Below, in pieces: positions 1-15,931 of a DNA stretch of 33,769 nucleotides; the stretch's first letter is position 1; each line of letters begins with the position of its first letter. This DNA comes from Salpingoeca rosetta (lineage: Eukaryota > Protista > Choanoflagellata), in contig JAWQFM010000034.1 of assembly GCA_033442325.1 (NCBI GenBank), positions 291,780 to 325,548 of the forward strand, in the 5' to 3' direction. The position numbers were made by a program, and so were the translations under genes. Under the pieces are notes generated by a model. The model was not told where the DNA came from, searched no databases, and worked only from the letters and a program-made list of their open reading frames with translations.

Positions 1-185
<185 letters not shown>

Positions 186-247
186 GTGTGTGTGCGTGAG
201 TGTGTTGACGTGTGAGAGAGAGAGTGCAGTGTTGTTTGTGAACTTAC

Positions 248-2322
<2,075 letters not shown>

Positions 2323-3171
2323 CGTTGGTGTCCTGCTGAGGCGGTGTGTGTGCTGGGGTGCCAGTGTTCTGTAGGTGGCGTCGCTGCTGTTGGTGGTGTT
2401 GGAGGCACGCGATCGCCGTAGTTCGGACACTTACGGGCCTCGATTTGGTTGGTCCAAACGCGTGAATGTGCGTCGCTCGGTGCTGCTGGTGTTGGAACGG
2501 GTGGGGGAGGGGGGAAGGGGCGTTTGGAACCAAGCAAATCAAACTGGCAAGGGGAAGCTGGGAAGAGTGATTGATGTGCGTGATGTGCGTGATATGAGCG
2601 AAGTGGTGGAAAATGGTGCGTGCTGGGTGTGCTTTGGTGCAGTTGGATGTGGTGGGCAGCGACTTGCAAAGTCGCGCAGGTTGTGAGCGAGCACTTCTTT
2701 AGTGACGTGATGACACGCCAGACAGAGGCTGACGAGCCGAGCTCGCAACAAGCCGAGTGACAAGTTGAACGAGGGAACGCAGTGATGACGAAAGACGGGA
2801 AGAGGCAAAGGTGGGTGGGATGCAGGGTGGTTGGGGGATGGATGCCGTCGTGTTTGGGTGGAGTGCTTCATTCACAATGGAGGGAGGGGGCGGGGTGTGG
2901 AGCGAGACAGTCAACACGAAACACGGAGCAGAACTCACCGCGCGCATGCGCAAAACAAAAGACGAAAAGAGAGAGAAGACAAAGGTGTGCGCGAGTCAGT
3001 GTGTAAAACCTTTCTCAAAAGGAACGTGCGTGTGCAAAGTTTCGCCCACACATGAGCCGTCAAGGCAGGTCCAGATTGCGCTCACACCACGTCGTGTCGT
3101 TGCGAACTGAACGCGATGGACAAGCGTTGTCAGGGTTAGTGGGTGGGACAGACCGTCGTCGTCACCACGAG

Positions 3172-3224
3172 ACTGAATGCAGTACATCAGACTGAATTCA
3201 GTAAGATTTAAACTGAATTCAGTC
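3172..3224. promoter_or_regulatory. Three tandem copies of the 12-bp palindrome ACTGAATTCAGT (first copy has one mismatch) in the divergent intergenic region
   Basis: ACTGAATGCAGT 3172-3183, ACTGAATTCAGT 3191-3202, ACTGAATTCAGT 3212-3223. The repeat is seen directly; the regulatory role is inferred from position. Confidence 0.45.
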
Positions 3225-3496
3225 ACCCGTGGAGGATTATGACAAGACATTCACCAATGGCCATCATCCGCTGTTGCCAACCGTCACGGACAACGACGAC
3301 GGAGAAGCAGAGGAAGAAGGCAACGACGACAACAACAGACAACCACTGTGTTGTTGTATGTGCTTTTGACGTGCAAGAGAGAGAGAGAGCGTGTGTCTGT
3401 GTGTGTTGGACTCATCTCCTCGGCCTGGTGGGGTGTGCGCCATCTTCTGGTCGTTGAAGGAGAGCACAAAGGGCGACCCCGTTCACACATCGCATC

Positions 3497-3534
3497 ATGA
3501 GTGGCGGCCACGACAAGGACAAAGATGGTACGCA

Positions 3535-3633
<99 letters not shown>

Positions 3634-4329
3634 TTCGTGTTTGTGATGCGGACGCACCACCGTCCCTGTGCACCATCATGTGCTTGTGGCGAATGTTGAC
3701 CCACCATTGTTGTCACCGTCACCATTGATGCTGCTCTGCCTTGCCGTTCTCTGACCCTCCCTCAATCACAACGTCGCAACTTGCAGCCCAGTTTGCGGCC
3801 ATGGGCATGCCGCCGTTGATGGGTGCTGCGCACCAGCTGGAGTCTCGCATCCGAACGCAGGGGCGCTCAACAACAAAGGTGCGCTTATGTGTGTGTGTGT
3901 GTGGTTGCTATCAAACGGAACGTGAAAGGGTCAAGTCAAATGTGGTGCCGACGTTTGCAATGGTCATGAGCTGAAGCGAGTTCAGCGAAGCCTCACTCGC
4001 GTACACGCACGACGCTACCATGTGCTGTGTGTAGCAGGCATTCAAGGTTGGCAAAAGCGGGGCCGGGCGATCTACAAAGGCCTTTCAGACGCGCATGCAG
4101 CGGCCGCTTTCAAAGCAGCTGCGAAAGCGATCAGCAGCTGCACCTCCACGCCTGCCGTCCATCCCGCACGCCCCCACGGCGGCCGAGCAACAACGTATGT
4201 AGTACTTTTGCGACAACACCACGCACATGTAACTGCCTGCTCGCATGCAGTCACGTGTGTGCTCAGGATGTGCGTATGGTGTGTGTGCGTATGGTGTGTG
4301 TCTGTGCACGTTGTTTTGTGCGCGCTTAT

Positions 4330-4402
<73 letters not shown>

Positions 4403-6285
4403 ACACGTATCGCCTCAACTTTGGTGTCAAGCTTGAAATGGGGTGCAACTCAATGCCACCAGCTCACGTGCATAGTTTTGATCATCCTCGCGCTCACCGT
4501 CTTATCAATAATGACCTGCATGTACATGGTGTACTCGCTGCTGTTACAGAGGCCAACAGCACGCGGCCGCAGAGCTGGAACAAGTACGACCCGCTCGCGC
4601 CGCCGCCCTCCCAGCACGATCGCGCTGCTGTTGACGATGACACGAGCAAGAAGGCGAAGATGATGCCGAAACCACAGCAGCCGCACCAACACCAGGCACA
4701 GCACCAACGCGCACACAAGCAGCAGCAGCAGCCCTCCAGCAAGGTTGACAACGGGAGCAGCGCCAACAGGATTGGTTCCATGCCGTCACCGTTTGTTGCG
4801 CCAACGGTATACAACGACGAAGCAGGCCCCTTTATGCAGCGATTGCGGGCAAACAACGACCAGGAAACGTACGCACGTGTGTGTATGTGTGGATGTGGTT
4901 GATTGGTGCAGATGGTGTTCTGTGTCGCCGTGTACAAGAATCTATTCTGTCACGTTTGCTTTGGTGCATCACCCTGCGTTCAATGTGCGCACACGCGTGC
5001 ATGTTATGTTCGTGCAAGCTCTGTGTGTGTGTGCGTGTGTCTCACACCCAACATACTCACACACACTCACACATACACACACACGCGCACACACTCTCAT
5101 GCACGCACACTCCCTCTCCCTCACTCGCTGCGTGCAGTGTTGGCTACGGCGTTGCTGCGGATCCGAACAACCCGCACTCCATGTACTGTCTCAAACTCGT
5201 CGACCAGACGGGTGTGTATGCCTGCGCAGGGCAATATGGAACACATGCACGTACATACGCTATCGTTTTCAGGTGCATGTGGGGTGTGCACGCGCACTTG
5301 CGTCTGCTCGTGCACTTGTGTGCGTCATCGTTACGTCATCGTTTCAACATGCACCCACCAATTCGGCACCCACTACATCTCTATCCAACGAACTCTCACC
5401 ATCATCACCACCATCACCACCGTCACCACTTGCAGCTGAGGGCGTGTTTTCAAACCGCCCGTATGCCGTCATCACCAGCGCTGGCATCGTCATTCACGCA
5501 TCACCATCATCAGGGACACGCAGTGATGCTGACGATGATGGTGGTGGTGATGATGACCGGAATCTTTCCGTTGTCGCTGGCGCACGCACGCGTGCACTTG
5601 GTCGTGCACACGGTCGTGGTGGCGCCACTACAGAATTTGTGTCGTTTGAAGAGTACATACGTGCTGCTCGCATCACCGCGCGCATGATGCACCTGCATCT
5701 CTTCCAGTGGTTTCGCATGCGCCGTTGCCTGCAGGCATGGGCCGCCTTTGTCCGCTCCCGCCAACGCAGATCAACCGCCCTCTCCGTGCAGGTGCGTGCG
5801 GGTGCGTGTGCGTGTGCGTGTGCGCATGTGTCTGCGGTTTTGCGTGCGTGTGCGTGTGCGTGTGCGTGTGCGTGTGCGTGTGCGTGTGCGTGTGCGTACG
5901 TGTCTGCGTGTGTGTGTGTGTGTGAATGCGTGCGTATGATGTGCATGTGGATGTGTGTTTGCAACTGTGCACCTCACCAGATGCCATGCTTTCGACTCTT
6001 GGCCCCACGCCGATGGCACTCATGCATGTACACGCACACTCACACGCACGTGCACACGCACACGCACCTTCGCAGCGGCAACGGGCATGCCTGCACATTT
6101 TGCCCACGCCAGTGCTGTTGCTGGCGGAGTTGCGTCAGCGGCTGCTGTCCATTCAAAACGCATTTGCTCGCGACGTCACACGTCGATTGCGCAACACCTT
6201 CAAACGTCGGAGCCGCGTGCAAACCATCCTGCGGCCAACAAGCACACGTCAACAGCAGGGCAAGGATGGCACCACCACCACCATC

Positions 6286-6337
<52 letters not shown>

Positions 6338-9300
6338 CTGACAACAGCGCCGCCATCAATACAGGCCCCGTCGCAATCACAAACACCACCACCAGCAGCA
6401 GCAACGACAGTAACAACAACAGTGGCAACGGTGCGACACAGCGCGGCGATGCTGACAGTGCTCCCAGCACCACCAGCCCTACCAGTGGTCGTCGTCGTCG
6501 TCGTGGCATGTCGGCTGCCGTGCGGGCGATGATCAGTGCCGATGACATGAAGACGATTGAAGAGCTACAGAGCGTGACGAGCGCCATCCACGCATCTTCG
6601 TCGCTGCCGTCGTCAGCGGCTGCTGCAGCACTGCGCCGGCGGGAGAACGCCGTGTGGCACAACCTGCAGTCACACGAATGGGTTGGTGTCCCCTTCCAAG
6701 AGGTGCAGCTTGTGCTGGAACAAGCGCTGATTCAGGTCCAACGTGAATTGGACGCGCTGGTCGCAACGCTGCCCGTGTGGAAGCAGGCGGCTGTCGATGC
6801 TGTCACATTTGACATCCGCAACAGCAGCAGCAACAGCAGCAGCAGCAGCAGTGGTGACGGCACTGGCCGTGTGGCTAACGAGGGCGGTGGCGGCGACGAT
6901 GGCACGGATGCAGCGCCCCGATGGGAGCTGTCATCAGACGGCAATCATGGTGGTGGTGACGCACGACAACAGCAGCAACGACAACAGCAACGACAACAGC
7001 AACAACAGCAGGTGGGCGATGCCGGCAACGCGACGCTGTTGGAGGCGGCGATGAAGCGCAACGCGCTGGTCAAGTGCCGGCCGCTGTTCATGCATGCGCT
7101 GCTGCAGCTGCGCACGTGCGGCGTGGCCATGGCGCACATGTTCAACTGCATCCTGTTTCACATGCTCGATCTTGGGTGCAATTCCACTGCACGTGCACGT
7201 GCGTGTGTACGCAACATCGGTGGTGGTGATGGTGATGATGTTGGTGGTGGTGTTAGTGGTGGTGTTAGTGGTGGTGGCGCAGATGTGAACGTGAGCATTC
7301 ACGACAACAACAGCATTAACGGTGGCGATGGTGGCGGTGATGGTGGCGGTGGCGATGACACTGGTCTCCGCAGCAACAGCATGAGCAGTGCGGTTGCTAC
7401 AGCACGTGGGGGTAGCGCCACAACAGCAGCGCTATCGCTCCCTCCTGCCTCTCCACTCCCGCCACCACCACCATCGTCGCCGACCCCATTGCCATCGCTT
7501 GGACCGCCCGTCATTGTTGTGTCGTCGGATCGTGGCAGCGTCTCCACAACAGCAACAACAACCGCGTTTATGGACACAGACCGGGGCGAGGGTGATGAGC
7601 ATGTCGATGGTGATGGTGGGCGTGGTGGCAGCGGTGGGCTCGACCGCAGCCGTGAACGTGCTGATGGTCGCAAAGCGTCTACTGCTTCAAGCTCTACAGG
7701 GGTCACACAGACATCAGTGCCACGTCATCAACGCAGCCAGCAGACTCAGCAGCCACACCAACAACATCAGCAGTACCACCGCCAACAACGGCATCAAAAA
7801 CAGCGCGAACAGCAGCAGCAGCCTGTCCCAACAGCTGCAAGCGCCACCGCAAGCACAACTGCAGGCGCCACAGCACACGTCACACCTTCCCCTCATGATG
7901 CATCGATCAAAGCATCACAACAACAACAACAACAACAACAAGGGGCTGAGTGTGTGCGCACGTTTGCACAGTCTGCATGTGCGGGCAGCGCCGTGTGGTT
8001 CGACAGCACAGACGTGGTGCTGGAGAAGCAGCCAAAGGCCACGCTCGAGCTCGCGTTCATGTTCACGGATGCCTGCGAGCAACCAGAGCAAGCGGAACGC
8101 ATTCTGGGATGCCTGCAGGCAGCCGGTGTTCCACTCTGGCTGGTGCGCGGCGGTCTGGTCACCACTGAAGATGAGCCCGTGGACGACGCAAACGCAAGTA
8201 CGGTCAGCACGCAGCACGACACCAGCACGGTGTACGGTGGCGATGACGGTGGAGGTGATGAGAATGGGGCGATGAAGTCGCAGTTCTCCCAACAAGATGA
8301 TCGCGATGACGATGATGATGATGACGATGGTGATGATGATGATGATGATGGTGCCGATGATGGTGACATGGTGCAGGAACAAACTGGCTCCACTTTCAAC
8401 AACAGGAACAACAACAACAACAACAACAGTAATAGCAACAACAGCAATAGCAACAGAGGGGCATTGGCGGCAGCAACCTCACACGCAAAGGGCAAGAAGC
8501 GACGCAAGCGCATGCGCTGGGAGGATTTGACAGCAGAAGAGCTGCAACACGTGGACACAAGTGCAGTTGTGGAGGTGGTGCTGGACATGATCAAGGCGTC
8601 GCCCGCGCTGCAGTGGCGCCGTTCCTTGCATGAAACCGCCCAGAGCAGACTGCTTGATGCCCTGGACGCGTGGGTGGAGCAGGTGGCAACCACACTCACA
8701 CCCGAGGACGTTGTTCGTCGCCCAGCGTCCCAGGTTCACCGTGAGGAGCGGCGGTTGGAGAAGGAGGGCGTGGCCGCGTTCAGCGTGCCTGCAGGCAACC
8801 AGCATGGCAGTGGGCGAAAGGCGCGCGGGGAGCTCTCTGTGAGATGGAAGGACGATGACAGCGCCAGTGCCGATCGTGACGAACACGAGAGCAGCCGCGA
8901 CAGCAGTGGTGCTGGTGCTGGTGGCAGGCAGTCAAACGCCAGCACGGACACGGGCAACAGCAGGAGCACGCTGGAGCTGCGTCGGAGCATGAGCGTTCTT
9001 GATGACAGCGATGATGACGAGGAGGAAGTGGTGTCACGAATTGGACCGTTTCTCCGGCCCTCAGCGCTCCTCCGCTCTCTCGGTTTCGTCAGCAGATCAC
9101 AAGCCAGGTTTGAGGAAGAGAGAGGGGGGGGAGAATGGGTGGACTGTATGTGTGTGTGTGTTTGTTCCAGTGTGTGTGTGTGTGTGTGTTTGTTTCAGCG
9201 TGTGTGTGTGTTTGTTCCAGTGTGTGTGTGTGTGTGTGTGTGGTTCACTGCGTCAGGGTGTGCGAACGTGCGCATGCGTTTCTTCAGCAGGGTCTCATCA

Positions 9301-11221
9301 TGCCACCGTCGCGTTTCATGAACGTTGCGCTAATTCACTGGTGTTGTGGTCACTTTTGTCTTTCATATGGACAGGTGGCGCGACGCAATGATCGCCATGG
9401 AGTCGGAGGTGAACGCGTTTTTGATCGAGTGTTTTGCGTTCTGTCAGCTCAAGGCGCAGGTTGTGCTCTTTGCCCACAACTTCGCCGCCGCCATCACCCC
9501 GCACAACTGGAACTTTGGTGTGTTGTGCTGTTGCGTGCATGCATGTGTGCATGTGTGTGCACGTGGATGCATGTGTGTATGTGTGTGTGTGCATGTGCGT
9601 GCGTGCGTGTGTGTGTGTGTACACGTGGATGCATACGTGTCGAGCCTAGCGCATTTCATCAGTGCTGTTCTACTGCTCATCGCCCGTCCCTTTGGTAACC
9701 CATTCTCTTCCCCACCACCACCATTACCACCACCACTGCCGCCATCGCCACCGTGTGTCTGTTTGCGTCATTAGCGCTGGACAACTACAAGCGGCTTGCG
9801 CGGGCTGTGTACCGCCTACCAGAGCAGGCCAAGCTCACCAGGTGAAGTTGTTGCTGCGTGGCTGTGCACTGTATGCAGTCGCAGCCAAGTCGAGACGTCA
9901 CAAACATACGCACATGCAGATACACACACATGCACACATTCCACACATGCACACGTTCCACACGTGCGCATGTACCAACCAATGCCAACAGCGGGGGCAT
10001 GACGAACACATGTTGACTCCATGGCACAAACACTCAACCCTCGTGCGCCGGCGCATGTGCAGGTGTTCGCTTGTGCTGCGTGAGCTGAAGCGGTCGCTGG
10101 TGCACACCGTCACAGCCATGTCCTCCGACCTCAACCGCCGTCTCATCCATCTCTTTGCACGCATGGTCAACGACCTCTCGGTACGCCAGCACGCGCACGC
10201 GCACTTGCGTTGCGCGCGCGTGTCTGTGTGTGGGTGTGGGTGTGTCTGTGTGTGCGTGTATGTATGCTTTTGTGCGCACATGGCTTGTGCTTTTGTGCGC
10301 ACATGGCTGGTGTGGTTGCCCCTCTGCCTTTGTGTACATGACCAAAGTGTGATGTGAATGCGCACATCTCCCTGGGCGTGAAAATACATACGGACGGCAT
10401 CCAGTTGCCGCTGGTCGCTTGTTTTCCCTCACCACCACCATCATGTTGAATGTGTGTGTGTGGCTGCCAGCAATCCATCACGGATGTTCTCACGCGACTG
10501 AAGCGCACGCCGCACACCATCGACGACACCATCCCCTTTTTCGAAAGCGTTTACTTTGCACAGGGCATTGCGGTGAGTGCAGCAAACACATGCCCGCGCG
10601 TGCACACTTGCGTTTGTGTGTTGTTTCGATTGTATCATTCTGTCATGTATCTTATCAATCATCGCTCCCCATCCCCCGCTCACCGTCACCATTGTTCCGG
10701 TGTGTCCCTCCTTGCGCGCCTTTTATGGCCCACCCTTTTCCTCCGCCCTTTCCAACCACCACCACCACCACCACCACCACCGCACCCCTCCTCCTACCAC
10801 GCCCACTTCCACCCGACAGGAGCAGCACACGCTCGACTACCAGGCGTGCCTTGAGATTCGAAGCGCATTTAAGATGGAGGGCATCGCTGTTCCGCCCGAA
10901 CTGCAGGCGCAGTACTTCTCCCTCCCCTCCATGCTGCGCGAGGTGCAGAGCGAGGTGTCCATCGTCTCCAGCCAGACGGCGCGTTACGCAACCAACCTCA
11001 TGTCCGAGTTTCGCGACGTCATTCTCTCGTGCACGGAGAGTTTGGGCACGCTGGCGCAGCAGGTTGGCGCGAGCTCCCCACTGCATAGCATGCCCTCCCT
11101 CACCGCAGCCATTGACTGGCTCGCATACAGAAAGGTGTGCAAAGTTTGTGGACGTGTGTTTGTTTGTTTCTTTCTTTCTTTCTTTGTTTGTTTGTTTGTT
11201 TGTTTCTTTCTTTGTTTGTTT

Positions 11222-11256
<35 letters not shown>

Positions 11257-12275
11257 TGTCTGTCAACCTGCACGGTCTCGAGTGTGTGCTTTCCATGAGT
11301 GAACAGGTCGTGCCGATTGCCTTCAGCTCACTCAAATCCTTTGTTTGCACCAGAAAAACGCCCAAGAACTTCGCCACCAGCTGGACAAGTACCACAAGAT
11401 TGAGGTGTGTGTGTCTGTGTGTGTCTGTATGTGTGTGTGTCTGTGTGTGTGTGTGTATGTGAAGGCTGTGAGCAGTTGTGGGTGAGTGAGTGTTAACGTT
11501 AACATGTGTCACACCCTGTTGCCTTTTTGGTGACAACTCACCTCCCCCCCCCCCCCAAAAAAAAAACCAAAAACAAAACACACACACACACACACACATG
11601 TTTGCTGACAGACGGTGCTGCTGCAAGAGTGCGATACGCGCCTGTGGGGGCTTGTCAACATGGGACCGCTCTCCCACATCACGCTGCAGCCAATCAAGCA
11701 GGCTGACACCATCCTCGAACAGGTGCAGTGCTGACAGGACAATGGGGATGGAAGGAGGACATCATAATGGCTATTGGTTTCGTGGATGATTGGTCATCAT
11801 ATGTTGGACTTGTTCGCTTGTTCGCTTGAGCGCTGCTCTCACACAAACACATCGATACACACATACACACACACATCAGATTGATTTGCTGACAGACTGC
11901 TGGCAGCGCATGCGGGAGTGGGACGCGCGTTTTGAACAATGGATGCCGCTTCCGCTTGCGCAGTTGGATTTGGAGGAGATGAACGCGTTTGTGTCGTCGT
12001 TCCTAAACGCGCTCACACACGCACAACACACGCTCTCCACCACCTTTGCGAAGGTGAGGTCTTGCTGTGCGCATTGTGGCATTGTGATTATGGTTGTGTG
12101 CGAGCTTTCATTGTATGTGTGTGCTTGGCTGCTCGCGTGTTCATATTTTTTGTTTCATCACCGCTCGTCCCTGTCTGCCACCACGCCTTCCGTGTCCACG
12201 ACAGATTGCGACATACACCAACAAGGCTGCAGACGCCTCCTTGCTTCTTGACATCAGTACGTATTCATCTACTCT

Positions 12276-12351
<76 letters not shown>

Positions 12352-12589
12352 CGTGCACGTGCCCCTCTCTCGCAAACTCGAACGTCACTCAAACTGCCTC
12401 TCCTCTCCTTACACCACCAATCGCACTCACCGCCCGCCACCAACCATGTCCAGGTGAGATGGTGCGCTCCCCCTGGTTTGGCCAGCGATATGTCCGCCGC
12501 ACATCTGTCCTCGTTGTCCTCAATATAGATGTCAACATCACGACATACGGATATCTACACGCCTCAAAGCCCCCACAGTGTGTTATCCA

Positions 12590-12639
<50 letters not shown>

Positions 12640-12729
12640 GTGTGCGTGTGTGTGTGTGTGACTCTTCCACGCGCGCTGCTACGTCGGAGTCGCGAGCTTC
12701 ATCCCCAAGTGCTCATCCCGTCATCGCCG

Positions 12730-12777
<48 letters not shown>

Positions 12778-15700
12778 CAGGCGGGTGGAAGCGTTGGAGG
12801 ACTTGTTCGTGCAGGCGGAGGAGGAGCAACGACGCGAACAGCAGTGGAAGGAGGTGAGCATATGCCATGATGCATTCGTTGAAGACACAAACGCATCTTC
12901 AACAACCACCACCCAACTTCTCTCTCTCTCTCTCTGATTGGTTCTGCTCACGTTTTATGCCCTTCCTCTGAACAAGTTCACACACACACACACACACACA
13001 TACACACACACACACTCACGTTAACGCCTTCCGTTGTTTACCCGCATGTTTCTCGACCACCCGAAAACAATCGCCACCATATCTCCTGTGTTTTACATTT
13101 GCAGCTGAACGAGAAGTGGGACTCGATGGTGCTGCCCATCAAGCGGCAGGGCAGCACGCTTCTTGGCCGCGACGCGTATCTTCTTGAAAACGTTTCTGCG
13201 CTGCGTGATGAAATTGTCCATGCAGAGATGGTCCTCCTCAACCTCTCCCGAAGCGATGCAAGCCCAGAGCTCAAGGTAGGTTTGCTCTGCCTTTTGCGCA
13301 TGTGCATGTGTTTGTGTGTGTGTGTGTGCACGTGTAACTGTGTGTCTGTGCGCGTGTGTGCGTGTGTGTGTGCGTGTCTGTGTCTGTGCAAACTAGTGCG
13401 TGTACGTGTGTGATTTGCAGCTTTGCTTTTACTGCCAACCCCCTTTTATTCCATCCCTTTCTCCCTCACCTCGCCCACCCACCACACCTGCTTATCACTA
13501 CCGTGCAGTCCAAGGCACGCGCGCTGCACGAGAAGATCACGACGTTTGAGCAGCGGCTGTCGCAGTGGGAGGATTGCGAGCGGGCGTGGTCGCGTGTGCA
13601 CGCGCCAATGACCGCCGGCCTCAATAACAACTCGGAAGAATTTGCTCACGCCGTCACCATCTACAAGTCAACCATGCGGCAGTGAGTGGCTGTGGTTGTA
13701 GCCTGTTGGTGTTGGTGCAAGTCTTGCTGCTTTCTTGTTTCGTGTGTTTCCCTTGCCGGTCTTGATCAACGCCAAACTCACCCCAGCAACACCCACCCAT
13801 TCGTGTTTTCGCTCCCCCTGCCCTCGCATTCAAACTCCTCACCACCACAACCATAACCAAACCACAACCACATCATCAACAACACCAGGTGGCGGGCGCT
13901 GTGCCAGCTCGGGTACCGCTCCGAACACGTCCTTCGCGACCTGTGCTCGCCCGAGGTTGGGCAGCGCCTGGCGGAATATCATCACCAATTCCAGGAATGC
14001 TACTCGCTTCTCATCGCCACTGTCGACGCATATTCCGTGACTTGCACGCGCTTGTACATGCTGACACCGCCAGAGGTGCTGCAGCTGGTTGGGCAGGCGC
14101 GCTCCCTACATTCCATCAAGCCCCTCATCTGCAAGTGCTTCTCAGACGTGTCTGACTTGTTGTTAGCGGAGGGCCGCAAGATTGACGGCCTGCTGGCGCC
14201 GTCGGGCGAAACCATCCGCTTTGCGCAGAGCATCGTGGCAACGGGGCCCACGCACCTGTGGCTGCCGCAACTGTTCTCGGAGATGCAGGACTTTGTCAAG
14301 TTTGACATTCTCTCTGCACACGAGCGCCTGGACAGGCTGTGGTCAGAGGTGTTCGCCAGCGCGCTGAAGCGCAGCGCAAGCACGGCCTCGTCACGGTTCA
14401 GTCGCGCTTCTGTGAACCAAACGGCCAGGCCATCGGTCATCCTGTCACGCGGCAGCTCCACGGCGAGCCTGGCCAGTCACCGCACGTCTGAGGCGGCACC
14501 AGACAACACCATGATGGCCACGGCAGCGGCTGCAGCAACATCCACATCCACATCAACATCAACATCAACATCAACGCGGGGTGCGCGTGCGAGGCGCGTG
14601 CGTGGGCGACCGCGAGCATCAGCCGCCAACGCCGCATCATCATCATCATCATCGTCGTCGTCATCATCAGCGGCGGCACTCAAGCCAGTACCTCTTCCGT
14701 CGGGGCTGCAGGACTACTTGACGTCCCAGCTCATTGACTGGCTCAACGACCACACGGGCCAGGCGCTGTGCGCTGCCGTGCAGATTCTGTGGCAGAACCA
14801 CATCAAGACATGTCTTGGTGGCGCCCGCACCACGCGCAAGAAGCAGGTGCAACGGTACAGCAGCGCGTGGCAGACGCTGGTGTGTCTGCTGCCTGATCTG
14901 CGTGATGCGCTGTGGGCGCGGCACGACGGCGACTACGGCCTTGCACTCGCAAAGTGGGAGGCGCTGTCGGTGTGTGCGCAGGCAGCGGCCGGCCAGTGGC
15001 GCACGCTCGTGGAGCAGAAGGTACAGCACAGGCGGATGGAGTGTTGTGGGGGGGGGGCTGGAACGTTGCACTTGGGGGAACGTGAGGAGATGTGAAGACA
15101 TGTGTGGATTGGGTGTTGGGGGTGCGAATAGATGTGCTTATCGGAACCTCTTGTCACGCTTTGTTTCGCTTGTGTCTCTGCGCGCAAACTAACGCACACA
15201 CGTGCAAACGCATGTGCAAGCGCACGACACACGCTATGCAATCAACCACAAATTATGCATACAAACACACAAACGCTCACATGCTCACACCCAACCCCTC
15301 CCCCCTCCCCCATGCCAGGTGCACCGGCTTGACCACGTGTCGCTGCAGCTGCTGCTGCGAATGGATCTGGACGAGGACGACCAGGTGCTGATTGAGCAGG
15401 CGTCGGTCGTGCTGCCGCACAGCTACGAGTACTACACCCAGCACGGGCCCTTTGTGCTCACAACGACATCGGACCGCGACCTGCTTGGCATCATGCTTGC
15501 CTTGACGAGCGGATATGGCATCAACATTCACCTGCCCGGCCGCGGCGCCGCCAGCAGCACCCCGGCAACGACCATGCAAAGCGCACTCACCAAACTCTGC
15601 GGCAGGTCAGTGCACACACGCGCGAGCACACTTTTGGGCGAGTGGAGGTGGTGATGGTGCTGTCTGCATATGTGTGTCTGTCTTGTTTGCACATGTCTGC

Positions 15701-15833
15701 GTGTGTGTGTGTCTGCGTTGATGTGTTTAAACTTTGCCGAACGTGTACTGCTGTGGTTTGTGCTATTTGTGCATCGTGGCTACCTGTCCTGTGCGTATTC
15801 GTGTGCTGACTGTGGCGTCCTTCCATGCTACCC

Positions 15834-15931
<98 letters not shown>

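Noticed and set aside
3172-3224. CRISPR-like array
   Set aside because: The repeats are 12 bp with 7-9-nt gaps, the context is eukaryotic, and there are no cas genes.
3223-3350. Possible extra upstream coding exon (SPVEDYDKTFTNGHHPLLPTVTDNDDGEAEEEG...)
   Set aside because: It looks protein-like, but I could not link it to an ATG or a phase-compatible upstream exon; it is more likely 5' UTR or promoter. Left unresolved.
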